Below, piece by piece: positions 37,788 through 50,392 of a stretch of 64,000 nucleotides of DNA. This stretch comes from Patellaria atrata CBS 101060 (taxonomy: Eukaryota), in contig MU006092.1 in assembly GCA_010093705.1 (NCBI GenBank), positions 1,072,350 through 1,136,349 of the forward strand, written 5' to 3'. Made by a program: the position numbers and the translations under genes. Position 1 is the first letter of the stretch, and the number at the start of each line of letters is the position of its first letter. Below the pieces are notes generated by a model. That model saw only the letters and a list, made by a program, of their open reading frames with translations, did not search any database and was not told the DNA's origin.

Positions 37788-39697
37788 TTACTCGCGATTT
37801 AAGCCATATGTCGCGAAACTGTCAGCATCCCACCCATTAATAATATTAAACGCCTCACGTCCGGTCGTTCCATGCAGTGGGTCATAGAATGAGTGCTCTC
37901 CACAACGTCCTTGGTCAACGCACTCATTTCCGAGCAGACTTGCAATCCTCAAGCCGGCTTCTCGTCCCTCGAAATACGCACCCTGCAAAAAGCCAAAGTA
38001 CGCCGCGCTTGTATGTTCGCCAGCGAACCACAACCGGTCGACGTTTGCGCGCAGGTTCTGATGCATTTCGAGGGTAGTACCGACGGGCCAATTCGAGTAG
38101 GATCCGTAAGCCCAGGGTTCCAAACTCCAGCGTGGGAACATGAATGCGGAGGGCTTGGGAACAGTGATATCAGGGAACATTTGGCGGAGGACTTCCATGA
38201 TCTCTGCTTGGGTGGTTTCGTCATCCTGTAGTTCGATACGGTAACTTTCATCACCGACTACTGTGACGAATAGGATATTACTTCCTGGCATGAAGTTTTC
38301 ATGCGACAGAGACTGGAAGATAGGGTAATAGCCACGTTTGTTCGGATCGGCGTATAGAAAGAACTGCTTCTCGGCATCCCAGAACGTCTCGTTGAATTGC
38401 ATGAATATCTTAGTATAAGTGCCCATATGAAATGTTTCAATCCCCGTTTGCTTCCATTCGGGAAGTTTGGGTTCAAAGGTGACGGCCTCGTTTTGGAGGA
38501 CGCCAAGCGAGAAAGTACACAAAGCATACTCAGCACTGATGCAGCTGCCATCTTCATTGTACACAGTCACACCGCGGTCATTATACGTTATGTTTGTAAC
38601 GATAGTGTCCAAAAGTAAGCGCGTGTCATTCGGGCGCAAGAACGTTGAGGCTTCGCCTTGAAGCCAGTAATTAAAGCCTCGTTCATCGTGTACAAAATTA
38701 TTCTCATCAGAGTATTGATAATGAGTGGAGTTGTAACCTGCAATACCAAACACAAAAGATGACGTATCCGGTGGATTAGCTGATTCGAAGTCTAAAACTG
38801 TTAGCATACAATGGAAAAAGAAAATGTTCAGGGATAATACCCCAGTACCACCATTCAACCGCTTGAGCGGCCATGTCTTTTTTTGGTTTCCATCCTGCTT
38901 GACTAAAGCCAGCTCTTGCACTTCGATCTTGCAAGTTCTCGATTAAGATGGTCCCTGCAGTTTGCTCCGCGGATGAGTACACTCCGTCAATTGCAGCAAA
39001 ATGATTCGTATAATCCACTTCACCAGTCTCGTTGTAGGTGAGCAGAGAATCGAAATCTGAATAGGTATTTTTAACATCCCATTTCTTGGCCTGCTCTCAT
39101 GTAAGTGAAGAACGAAACAAATGGACTATTATGTGTTCGTACCAATGTCCAGATAGGGTTTTCTATGCTCAAATCAGTGGTATAATTCATGAATAATTGG
39201 TTCGGTATGCTCACCTGGTCCCCCTTCAGAACCTAACCCTTGCACCTATAGTTCCCTTAGCAAGATATTCAAAAGTTATAAGGCATGAACACCAACCCAA
39301 TTTGCACCGAGCTCAACCACATACGGACGTCCATCTGGATGTACACCAAATTCTGCGTGTGTCATCCGACCGCCAATCTCATTCTTGTATTCTACAATGA
39401 GAAAATCATCAAAGGAGTGCTTTGAGAGAGTTTGCTAGTAGACATCAGATACTGGACGAATTCATACACCACAAGAGGGAACATACCGCAGCAGTTATTC
39501 CTGCTACTCCAGCGCCTCTAAACTGTTCTTAGAAGGTCTTTCCAGTCATATTTATGATGTTGTGCAACCTACAATATAGCCACACTGGTTCTCTGGCATT
39601 GTTCTACTTGATTTATATCTCTGACCGTATGATCCGGAGATTGTGATATGAGGCCTATGGAGGCGGTGACTATTGAACTCGACCTGACTATGTGCAT
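37788..39697 (-). CDS. Flavin-dependent amine oxidase (polyamine oxidase-like), about 7 exons; start codon uncertain
   Basis: Spliced VAIL|GAGVAGITAA, IGGR, VELGANW|VQG, ENPIW, CTFSLGVLQ, YTKIF, GSYSNWP and WFAGEHT..GFLQGAYFEG FAD-binding motifs. Confidence 0.9.
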
Positions 39698-42174
39698 GAT
39701 AAGAAGGGTGCAAGAGGATTGTCTAGAATAGGGAAGACTTACAGAGGACGCTGGAATCCGAGTTAATTTCAACACGAATAGAGGTCCTCGTAGACTACGG
39801 AACTTTGAACTGAGATACCACAAATTCGTCCGTGGCGCTGTTTATACCATGGTGTCACACGCATCACAGAGCATAGTGATGCATATCGATAAGACGAATA
39901 CTCGGAAGCTAACTCGCAGAGCAAGAAATGAGAGCGCGGAGAGCCATGCGTATCGATAAGAGCGGAGTGAAGTAGACTTGGACCAGGAGCCTCGAGATAT
40001 GTACAGGGTTCCTCAAGTGGGAAACTGTATGCCGAGAAATCGTTGTTATTGGATATGTTCAATTCTAGAAGGCCATTGAAGCCAAAAATGTCCGGTGGTT
40101 CGTACGGCGCGGGTTCGGAAGAAGCCTGGTAATTGTACAGAAGGTAGATCTTGCGACAAAGTAGCAGAGACATGCAAGTTGAGGGGTACTCTAGTGGTAT
40201 GTCTGTTATCAGAACGCGTGGAGAGAGAAGAAGATAAGAGCGCATGAGCCATCAGATGGTTAGGGATAGCTGCATCTTGACGGAGAGAGCCGTCGGGACA
40301 CGTGAGACCGCCAGGCCGGTAAAGGATAGACTAAGCGTCAGGAGGAATGGCCTGAACCGGGCCGAACCGTCTCTTACTGGTTGTCATATTTAGCGAAGCC
40401 TGGGAAGAGAACGCCAAGAGTGGCATCCGAAAGCTTTTATTCTCATCTGTTTTCGGTATCCGTAGAGGGAACATGACATCAATTCTTCAACATCTAATGT
40501 ATCTCACCTTTTTCTAAATATATTATTAATGGTATGCTACTACAAAAGTCAGTTGCGAGTATTTTCCTGACCTCTGGTTCGCATCGACTGTACTGTACAG
40601 TGCGAACAAAACTATAAACGATAGGACGAAAGCTACCTTGACCGTCTTACTTTACTTTCCCTGTGCCGCCTGTGCCGCCTCGTTGGTGTACCCGATTGAC
40701 CCCACTACCACTTGCTCGTGATAGTAATGCAACATGCTGTCCTTCATGGGATCGCCATTTTTGGTGTCTTCAATATAAAAGGACTCATCGTCCGGCCGGA
40801 CGACTACATCTTTCAACCTCACGATATGGAAACGATATCTTGTCGATAGCTCCACTTTCATATATCCGTTGAATGTGCACTGCATCCTCGGCTGAATTAT
40901 TCTGTCATTGGAACATGAGTCCAGCAGTGTATCCTTCCAGATCCCCGTCATCGAAATGCTACCCAGAGACACGGCATTTCCGTTTAATGGCCTTGTAATC
41001 GTCAAGTAAGGTCTCTCATGTAGCAGTGAAGATTAAACGGAAAAGGACATGATTCAGATGCTCCTATTGTCGGAGGTGGTGCGGTAAGGGTGGATGGTTT
41101 TTCGGGTAGCTTCACCGACTTGTGACTCGTGCTTCTCAGTCAAATCGGTTCGAGGTATGGTGCAAGATTCATAAATCCGAGATTGATGTCTAGAGCAGAA
41201 ATTGGATGAGCAATGCCCATCCGGTATCCATCGCGAGCATGTAGAGATGTACTGATAATATTCGTCTCAATAAGCGTTGATTTAAGGAGCCGCTTACTCG
41301 GAGCTTAAAGATTTAGTTTATAGGGGGAGCGCACGTGACATCCATAAGGCTTGGCATGTCTTCAACGTCGCCCCTAACACCTTCTTGCTTGTGAGACGAT
41401 GTCCATGTCATTCAACAACCCTATTCATCATTATTGCAGTGAGAATCATCATTTTACATCCTGGATACGATATGACTTTCCCTAACAAGACTTCAACTCT
41501 TGTGATAGAGGCGAGGTTCTTACGTTATTTGTTAAGCTTCGATTTCCACTGATAGTATGAATGTCAGGTAGGATATTGAGTTGAAGGTGAGCATGGGATT
41601 GGGTAGAGAGGTTGTTAAGGAACAGTATTTTCTTATACTTGACTCATAATAATTCGTCGACTCTCATCTTGCTGAAGACACCCCTCTCTATCATATTAAG
41701 ATGTGTTCGTGCTGCATGCTGTTCAGTAAACTTGCAGCAGAAATGACACCTAGTAATTCGGTGAAGTAAACGTGTTCTGCATAGTTGTCGCACTATTTCC
41801 TTGAAGATTTCACTATAACAACGCATCAAAGGCGCTGTTTGTAGATTTCCGACGTAGCGTTAACGCCTTCTTAGTCACAACACCGCATCACGTACAATGT
41901 CCAATACTAGTACGAGATGTAAGTTTCTTCACCCATAGCCAACATATTCCATATTCTCTATCACAAAAGTTGAAAGGCTACATATGCCCAAATAGCCTAC
42001 GACCCAAGTGCCTCAATAACTAGTCTTGCGTGCTGTGTTCTCTTGTTCCTACGTCCTGTCTCCCACGACAGATTCTCGCCATATCCCAAAACTGTACACT
42101 CATACTATACCGATACTCACACGCAAAGAAGTTCCAGGACAAGGCTGAAGATCCAAACCAAGCTTTGTGTTGTC

Positions 42175-45149
42175 ATGGCATACCTCATACCAGGTTGTCC
42201 TCAAGACATTTCCTTGCGTGATTTAGTTCAGACTAAGGTTAACAATACTGCAATCTTTGTCGCCGGTCCAGTCGACTTCTCTATAGTCAATCGATCTGCT
42301 GGAATGGGTGTTACGATGAAGCCAAAAATTTTTACCTGCGATTTGGATTCAAACTTGGACAACCTCTTATCTGACGGACGTAACGAAAACAATGATAATA
42401 CCACGAACATGGCCGATCTAAGCTCTCGGGATGTGGTCTTCGACAATGAGGAGCATACTGGCTCAATCCTGGACGACCCGGCTATAATAACTATCGGTCC
42501 TATATCCAACGTCACCGAAGTTGTCACTAAGTTTGTCACTGAAGATGTCACACCTGGAGAGCTCATTCATAATATCGCCACAACAAACGCCCCGAGTCTA
42601 AAACTTCACGACCCAGCTATTCTAGCCGTCGGCGCAACTTTCTCGCGTAACTCTTCGGTTAGCTCGCCGTTTGTTGATGTAAACAGGCCAACCTGCTGCA
42701 GCGGAACGTCCACATCTTCTTCGCGTAGCTCTCCACAATCCACAACTGACATCCAAATTTCAAAGCTTCGCAAACATTCTTCTGAACTTAACCTTTCAGA
42801 TCATCATTGCAAGCCTTCTTCTGAAGCTGAACTCAATATTTTGCATCTTCTTCACAAACACCCTACTGAACCGGAATTTGGATTTTGCCAATCTGCTCCT
42901 TTAACTGAAGGCGTTCGTTTGCATCAACCTCGAAACTCTTCTGCTGCAATCAAAATCAAGCATTTGAATATCTCTCGCGAAGCTTTTGCTGCAACTAGAA
43001 TCAGCCTTTTGCCCCTACTTTACAAGCCTACTACTGCAATTGAAGCCAGCCTGTTGAATCATCCTCGCGACGCGTCTACTGACAAACATATTGACGCTGC
43101 TCATATCAACCTAAGTCAAGATTTGGGACATCAAGGTAAGTTATTCAACCATAAATATCTTTAAAACAACGCGCATACACGTCAATCGAAGAATGTTTTC
43201 TAATCACACATAGCTTCGCCTACCTTATCCGCAGAGAATTCAAAAGTCATCACAACAAGCTCAACGTACGAATCCAGTGACGACTGGATCATCGCAATTC
43301 CTCACGAGAAGTCCAATCCCACCTTGAAAGCAGCTTCTGTCGCCGGAGATATCGACGATCGCGATTACTTCTTCGACTCAGACAGCAACATCACCAATAT
43401 GCAGCGTTCCAGCTCAGCTTCTCCAAGTACTCCGGCCAACACCCCAACTCGTCCTCAACTTGAGTCTCTTGTTTCCGAGTTCGGGTACGAACTGAACTCA
43501 CCATTTCCGGATACGGTCACTCTGGCCAACAACGCGCGTGCAAGTCAAGATGTCATCGACGCGTATAACCAAGTCGTCGGGAGATTTGTCGAGCTCTCTG
43601 CGTACGCAAGCGGTCTGATGCACAATGGACCGACCCTTGAGGGAATGACAGAAATGACGGCGCTCCTAAGGAGCGCCGTCACGCTAATTTCGATCCTTTC
43701 CGCGGCAATGGGTGCTTCGGATGTACGCTTTCCGCCAATGCCACAACATGTGGCATTCCCAAATGCGTATGAAGCGCTGAGGTACCTCACAATATTTACC
43801 TTCAACGCACAAGCACATATCGCGCACGCACCAGTACAATACCTGAACGAATCCCACCTAGCTGTGGTACTAGCAGCTTTTACTATTATTTCGGTCGGTG
43901 TCCAAAATGTACTGAACGCTTTGGGTATGGAACCCTTCCTGCCCCGTCTAGTCGCTGTTGTGGAGGATGAGGACTCCGTCCTGTACAGGATTGAAAACCT
44001 CCCAATGGGACCTAGATTTTCTGTACAGGAGGGTCAGGATACGGCCGATACGGCGGCGTTAAGCCCTACCGTTAATCAGTCCTCGCTGGTCTCTGGCACT
44101 CGCCGTTCCCTTGAGACGGTGCCAGAGGCCAGCGAGGAGGCCGTACCGACCCCCGCGGATGCCTCACAAGCATCCAGCACCAGCGGAGAGTACCACTCCG
44201 CGCAGGAGACTGTCGGAAGCGGAAGTTCGGGGTTCCATACCCCAAAGTCTCATATGACAGATGAGACGAAGGATGACGCCGCAGAGGGAAGCACGGTAAG
44301 TACCACCAGCAATTTCATCTCAATCTCATACATCCAGTCACCGGGAGCATCTTCAAATCAAACTGCGGGCGGTTATGACGGAGCGTACATATTGATCTCG
44401 TTCATAACCCCACAGCTAGTATCAGATCGCGCAATACAGCTAACCCCCACCCACAGGGTAAGCAGAGTGGAACGGTCACGCCGCCAGCGGAAGAAGAGAT
44501 CTCTCCACCCTCTTCCGCTCAGCGGTACGAGCCCACACTCCGTACGATTCCAGAGCTCGCAGAAGAATCCTTCCCGTCCCGCTCTCCCTCCCCCACCGGC
44601 CCCGTACGCCTCGCCGTGGATGGAACTAACGAGGCAAACCCACAGGCGGATGCCAGATCAGATCCCGCGGCGGCGGATTCCGTCGAACCATCGGTTTCCT
44701 CGGAAGCCGTTACAGACGCCGCGGCGGCGGATTCCGCCGAACCATCATCGTCGCTCTTCGGCCTCGCGCTCCCACTGTTAGGCCTGTACCTCCTCGCGGC
44801 CTCGCCGACGGCGTCTCACGTGCCCTCACCTCCCGCGGTTCCTGACCCCTCGGTCGTCGCGCCGCTGTCGTCCGCCTCGGGAGATCCGACGCCGGAACAG
44901 CGCGCCCGTCGCGTCCTCATCGCGTCCAAGAACGCGAAGAGGATGAAGGCGGACGTGGTGTACAATAGGTACATCACAGCGATGGAGGGTCTGGAGAGGG
45001 CTGAGGTATTAGCCCAAGGCCCGCTCCAGCAGGCGTACTGGAGGAGGATTGAGAAAGCGCGTGAGGCGTTGGAGGAGGCCAAACAGGCCTTTGTCAAGAA
45101 GGCAGCGGAGGTGAAGAAGGCGAAGGAGGCGGTGAAGAAGGAGGAGTGA
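42175..45149 (+). CDS. Hypothetical low-complexity protein, about 911 aa; exons 42175-43135, 43214-44295, 44457-45149
   Basis: Three long ORFs joined in frame by two canonical introns (GTAAGT..CTAAT..TAG and GTAAGT..GCTAAC..CAG). No family recognised. Confidence 0.65.
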
Positions 45150-45818
45150 TTTGGGCTGGCGTTTGGAGTTTGGCGGTGGTGTTGGAGTTTGGGATGGTGT
45201 CTTTGGTGGTTTTGGCGCGTGGAGTTGGGACTTGGGTGTGTCTTTGCGTTTTTGCACTTGGGATGTTCCGGACTCGATTCCCCGCTTTGGGTTCTGCTTG
45301 TGCTTGTTCTCTCTGGTGCGGGTTTTCTGGTTTCCTGTCCTGAGTTTCTGTACGATACCCCGGTGGGAGTTTGAGTTTTCTGCTTTCAGCTTTCATATGT
45401 AGTACCAGCACCAGACCAGACCATCAAAAACTGTACGACCAGGGGGCATCAGCAGAAATGTGTCTAAGTCCTTGTGTCTTTTGCCTATTTCTCTTTTCCC
45501 TTATTCGAACAGCAAGTGCAAAGGGGTCAATGAGGGCCAAAAGGTCCCATCTTCGGTGAATAGTTCATAGCCGTTGATTTTACTAATAATTACAGCTATT
45601 ATATTTCATAACCCAATAGTCCACCCCAAGCCCCCATACTCCAGATCCTCAACCTCAGCTGCATTGGCTCCATCCAACCAAAGAATGACCTTCTACCCTA
45701 CAACTCAGAAATCCTATCCCTCACCACCCCGCCTTCTCTTAGCACTATCTCCACGCCCCCGTTGTCCTCGTTTTCTAACCGGGTTCGCAACGACAGATTC
45801 CACTATGCCTGGTGCCGG

Positions 45819-46916
45819 CTATGACTGAACCACCGGAATCGACCTCGCATTATTCGCCTCCCCAACCCCTCTTTGCCAATCTGCGATCCGACTTGTACCT
45901 TGTTCGACTTGGGCCGCTTGTCTTTCCCTTGCGTACTCATCCCCGGAACCCCGGTACTCAAAAAGGGGTGGCTGGTTTGCTGGTAACAAAGTAATTGGAA
46001 AGGGTAAATGACGTGGGTGTTGTGGGTTGAGGGGTTGTTGGGGAAAGGGTTGCTGAGGAAGGGGTTGCTGAGGAAGGGGTTGCTGAGGATGGTGCTGCTC
46101 CTGAAAGTGTTGCTGATGAGGGTGTTGCTGAGGAAAGGGTTGCTGGGGAAATGGTTGCTGAGAAATGTGTGGCGGTGTATTTCTTTGAACATGGACGGTT
46201 CTGCCAGTATGTGGGTCTTTCGGATGGGTATGATCTGGCAAAGAGCACCCATGTGCAATGGGTCCCTGATAGGAGGGCTCTTCAGAACAGTGCGGCGGAG
46301 AAGCTGGTCGCGGAGGAGTTGATCGCGGAAACCTGATTGGATCACCGATGGGCCTACCAGTTTGAAGATCTAGCACATAAAGACCGTCTGGCAAAGGGGT
46401 TCGATTTTGTATGGAACCCTGATCGAGGGGTTCTTGAGAAGAGCGCGATAGAGAAACTGGTAGCGGAGAACTGGGTGGCAAAGGGATACGCCTATCAGTA
46501 TCTGAGCGTATCTCATGAAGACCTTTTTCCAGTGAAGATGATCTCCGTTGTGCACTACCTTTTTCCTGCCCAGGTTGATGAGAGTTCTGACGATTATGCT
46601 CCTGATCACGATCATTTTCACAACTTTCCTCTTGAGCTTCGTCTTCGCCAATTTCCGGATTTTGGTCTTCGTGATGACATTTCTGGAGAGATGTTCTCTC
46701 TGAATATTTTCCCTCGCCATGAGATGCTCTGAAGACAAAGTTGTTAGAGGGCTACTTGAAGTGTCTGGTTGAGGGCGAAGTAGAGATTCTGTTTGACGTC
46801 GTTGTAATGCCTCATCTTCCGTATCATCATCGTGAACAAAGCCTTGTCGAGGTGAATAGTTCTGCCGAGGTCGTTGGATGGGAGGTTTTTTGGACCTTGA
46901 TGGACGTCTTTCCCCC
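45819..46916 (-). pseudogene. Disordered P/Q-rich hypothetical gene, possibly frameshifted
   Basis: Open frame from about 46750 to 45819, plus an upstream coding-like segment in another frame (RRPSRSKKPP..DDDTEDEALQRR). No clear ATG. Confidence 0.35.
46031..46163. repeat. 15-bp coding minisatellite, about 9 copies, encoding PQQP[FL] on the - strand
   Basis: Tandem GGGGTTGCTGAGGAA-like units. Confidence 0.85.
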
Positions 46917-47697
46917 TAGGAACCACTGTTCCTCATTTGGTCCGTTTCTCAAGCATAAGATATTCCGTTAGATTAAAATTGTCCAGATGATTGTCTGAGA
47001 TTGAAAAGCAGGAAGTCCTCCATCAGTTACTCGATTCATTCAAACTTTGCAAGAACCTCTCGCCCATCGTTAATTCTCTTTACATCTACATATTCTTTAG
47101 ATATTGCTAGCAATGTTGCCAGGTCAAAAGTCGGAAGGCGTATTCGACCATACATGTGACCTCATTGTTCACGAATAATCATGGGCCATCGTGGCGGGTA
47201 TTAAATGTGAATTATTCGAGAATAAAGTGATGAGAAGTTTGAAAAGCCAGTTCAAATTGCGGAAGACAGCAACATAGAATACAGAATGATGCGGTTCAAG
47301 TAAGACTGAGACATTCCCGCACCCGGTTGACAAGCACATATCAATTTTTGACTCAACGGACCTAAATGATCTTGAGAATGAGAAAAGCTTGATTTCGGTT
47401 TCGTAGAGGAAGTGAGAAAGGCCCCGTTTGGCTGGAACAGTGCTAGAGGTATGCTTCCTGAATCCTCAAACTCTGGGCGTCTTGACATGCAACAGAACTG
47501 ATAAAAGTAGATATAGCATATACTATAAGACCCTGGTCAACACGCAAATCGTAGCTCATTCATTGCATCATATTGTACTCATGACCATAACCTTCATAAA
47601 CATAACTTTTTTCCCGCCCCTCCCCATAATCAATTTCCCGGATGCTTCTATAATCCTTCCCTTCCCTCCTTCTTGCTCCCCCTCTTTCTCCTTACCC

Positions 47698-49090
47698 CTA
47701 ATTGACCCAATCTGCCACCAAACATGGCCCAATCGCAATCGCCCCTGCCATATTCCCAAAAAAGTCCTTCTCCGTAATCGGCTGCCGTTGCCCCTCCACC
47801 AACCCCTCCCTACACATCTCATTATACCCCACGACCTCCAACTCCTCATCACCAGGGGTAACCCACCTCTGACACGTCGCGGTCGAGTGATCGTTGTTAA
47901 AGCGATAGACGACACAATTTGGCGTCTCGTAGCACAGGTTGCAGCAATCAATGAGGTCGCGGCTGAAGATGGGCACGTTGTCGAGCATGGTGAGGTGCGA
48001 TGTGTCGTTTATATTGAGGTATTCGTAGCCGGTATTTAGGGGCGAGTTTTGGTAGTCATAGCAGGTTGAGACGGTGGGACGGGGACCTTCTATCGTTGTC
48101 GTGGTTGTTGAGGTAACGGTTGTGACGGTGGTATATGCGGTTACGGTTGTAGTCTAGTGGGGAGATTAGCGGAGGGTTGGAGCCGCCTGAAGAGCTAAAT
48201 GGAAGGGGGAGAGGAGTGGGAGAGGGAGCCTGGAGGTGGGGGTTGACAGGAAGAAAAGGAAACTTACAGCCTTGTGCAGTGTAGTTTTTGTTTTTGTAGA
48301 CGTTGTTGTAGAAGGGGTGATAGAGAGACAGGAGCATGCGCTCTTGATCTGGCCGGGAGGATATCCAGAGACGTACATCGGTAGTTGGTTTACGGCCCGA
48401 GCCTCCATGTCGGAGATGGCTGTACGCTTCGCTGGGGGAGGGGTTGGATAGATGGTCTTAGTGTTACTCGGATAAGGAGCGTTGTAGTAATATGTGATTG
48501 GGGGTCCGGGTGTGGTATCGGTAATTGTTACGGTACTGTACGGTTCGTATAATGGTTAGCACTTCGTGAAAAGCATATTTCTTTCCTTTCCGTGCTGCTC
48601 TTAACTGCTCTACGCTTAAAAGAGAACGCATCCCTAACTGTGCTTCACACACTTGAAAGATTCTACGAGGGGGAAATTTTAGAATATGTGCTCGTGCGTA
48701 CTGTAAGTGTACAGACACGTGGAAGCACCAACTATAATAAGGAGGTATTTTTATAAATAATACGTACGAATAAGCAGTTACCGGGACCTTAGTCGTCACA
48801 GTTTTCGGCGACGGAGTGATAGTTAATGTCTATCAGGTGTTTAGCTAGGCACATTACTTGTTCTACAGTCTTTGACTTACCGTCGTAACCTTGGAGGTCT
48901 TAATTGGAATATGGAGGTAAGAGCTACAAAAGGGTGTTGCTTCTGCCGAATGCACACTGAAGACGGAAGTGACCAGAGAATCTTTGCATTTAGGTGCTCT
49001 AGCTTCCAGTTGCGTATCCGGATTGGGCGCAGCAAGGGCTATTCCAACGTTGATAATGCATGCTGAGAATTGAAGAATTGAAGGCTTCAT
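47698..49090 (-). CDS. Secreted Thr-rich, Cys-containing hypothetical protein, 4 exons
   Basis: Signal peptide MKPSILQFSACIINVGIALAAP, ATPFCSSYL and IKSACSCL motifs, Thr-rich linkers, C-terminal DCCNLCYETPNC..GPC domain. Three GT-AG introns link the ORFs. Confidence 0.75.
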
Positions 49091-50392
49091 GGTTGCAGGT
49101 ATTGAAGTTGCCTGAAAACTTGTGACTATTAAAGAAAGTCCCTAGAAGTTTGCCAAAGTTTTTATATATCACAATACATACCAGCTGAGCTATATCCCCG
49201 CGGATTTCCTTTTCTTGTTGTAAGCTGCATACGAGGAAGAGATGTACAGAGCAAGCTAGTAAAGAACTATGTGATATATTCCGATGGCTGAAAGTGAGAA
49301 TATTGCCCAGACTAATTGATAGGCGAGCATGGGTTAAAGATGCGGGCAAAGCTTAACCCTAAACTTTTATTATACCTTATACAAACTAGTCTAGACCGTG
49401 AAGCTCGTATAGCTTCCCGTCTAAAAGACGTTTATCGGAACATTGGAGGTGAATTGTTGGTCAAGTTCCTGCACGAAATCGAAAGAATGCGGGCCGCATC
49501 TCTAGCAGATCAGATATGTGAACAGTCATTCCACACGTTTTCCAGGTTTTGAGATGGATTTGTCCTCTATTCTGTCGGGAGGCTGACTGAAATCCGAGAT
49601 ATCGGATTGTTTGGTGAAATGGTGTTTTGCTACTGGATTTTCGGATGCAACCAGAATGTGCAGTAAAAGCAAAAAAACCCGGTGGCTGGTTTTCTACCTT
49701 CGTTATCATGTCCGCCAGGTTTATTGATTGGCACTTCTATTTTTGGTGAGCGAGGATACAGATGCAGTGATCCTTGCTGCTTCGTGTTCTGTGCAACGTT
49801 CCTTGTAGATGTCACGTGTCGACTAACCGATCCACAACCTTATTGTTTCGTCTAATAATCATCAATAAATGTGGACGTTGTTCCTTTATATCCTGATTCC
49901 CTCATATGGTGCTTTGACCCTTTCCGACTGCTTGCTGAAAATCAAGTCATATGGCGTCAAACCATTAGCTGGAGATTAGATCTCAGACAGGTGTAAGAAC
50001 TATACGACAACCTGAGTAAATAAGCTGACAATATTAGGCGCAAATAATAACCGAAAATTTAGAAAGAAACCTGAGAAAGAAGTGTTGTAGGACGAAATAC
50101 CCAGCTGACTAGCAAGCTGAAATTGGGACAGAGCTGACACGAAAGGAAACGTAAGGATGGCTGGCTGAATTGTACGTAAGAGCGGTAGAATAACTTGTTA
50201 TACGTAGTACCAACGGCGAAATCTTTTAGAGACGAGACTGGGCCATGTATTTGAACTTCAAGAGGTGCTAATTTTATTGGAACCTGTTATGACTATCTCC
50301 GTGGACTTGTCAGAGAAGAATGGAGACAATATTTGAATCTTTTCCAAAACTTGAATATGTTCTGTACTGTGCGGTACAAAGCACGCATATCG

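Noticed and set aside
47227..47310. GTGATGA..CTGA spacing resembling a C/D snoRNA
   Set aside because: No recognisable rRNA-complementary guide, terminal stem or host intron.
48535..48766. Stwintron or microexon in the long intron of the secreted protein gene
   Set aside because: An internal CAG/TACG resembles an acceptor, but a single splice already restores frame and no nested donor can be rebuilt.
49354..49362. TAACCCTAA as a telomerase RNA template
   Set aside because: One 9-mer is expected by chance in 64 kb on two strands, and I could not identify a pseudoknot or CR4/5-like element.
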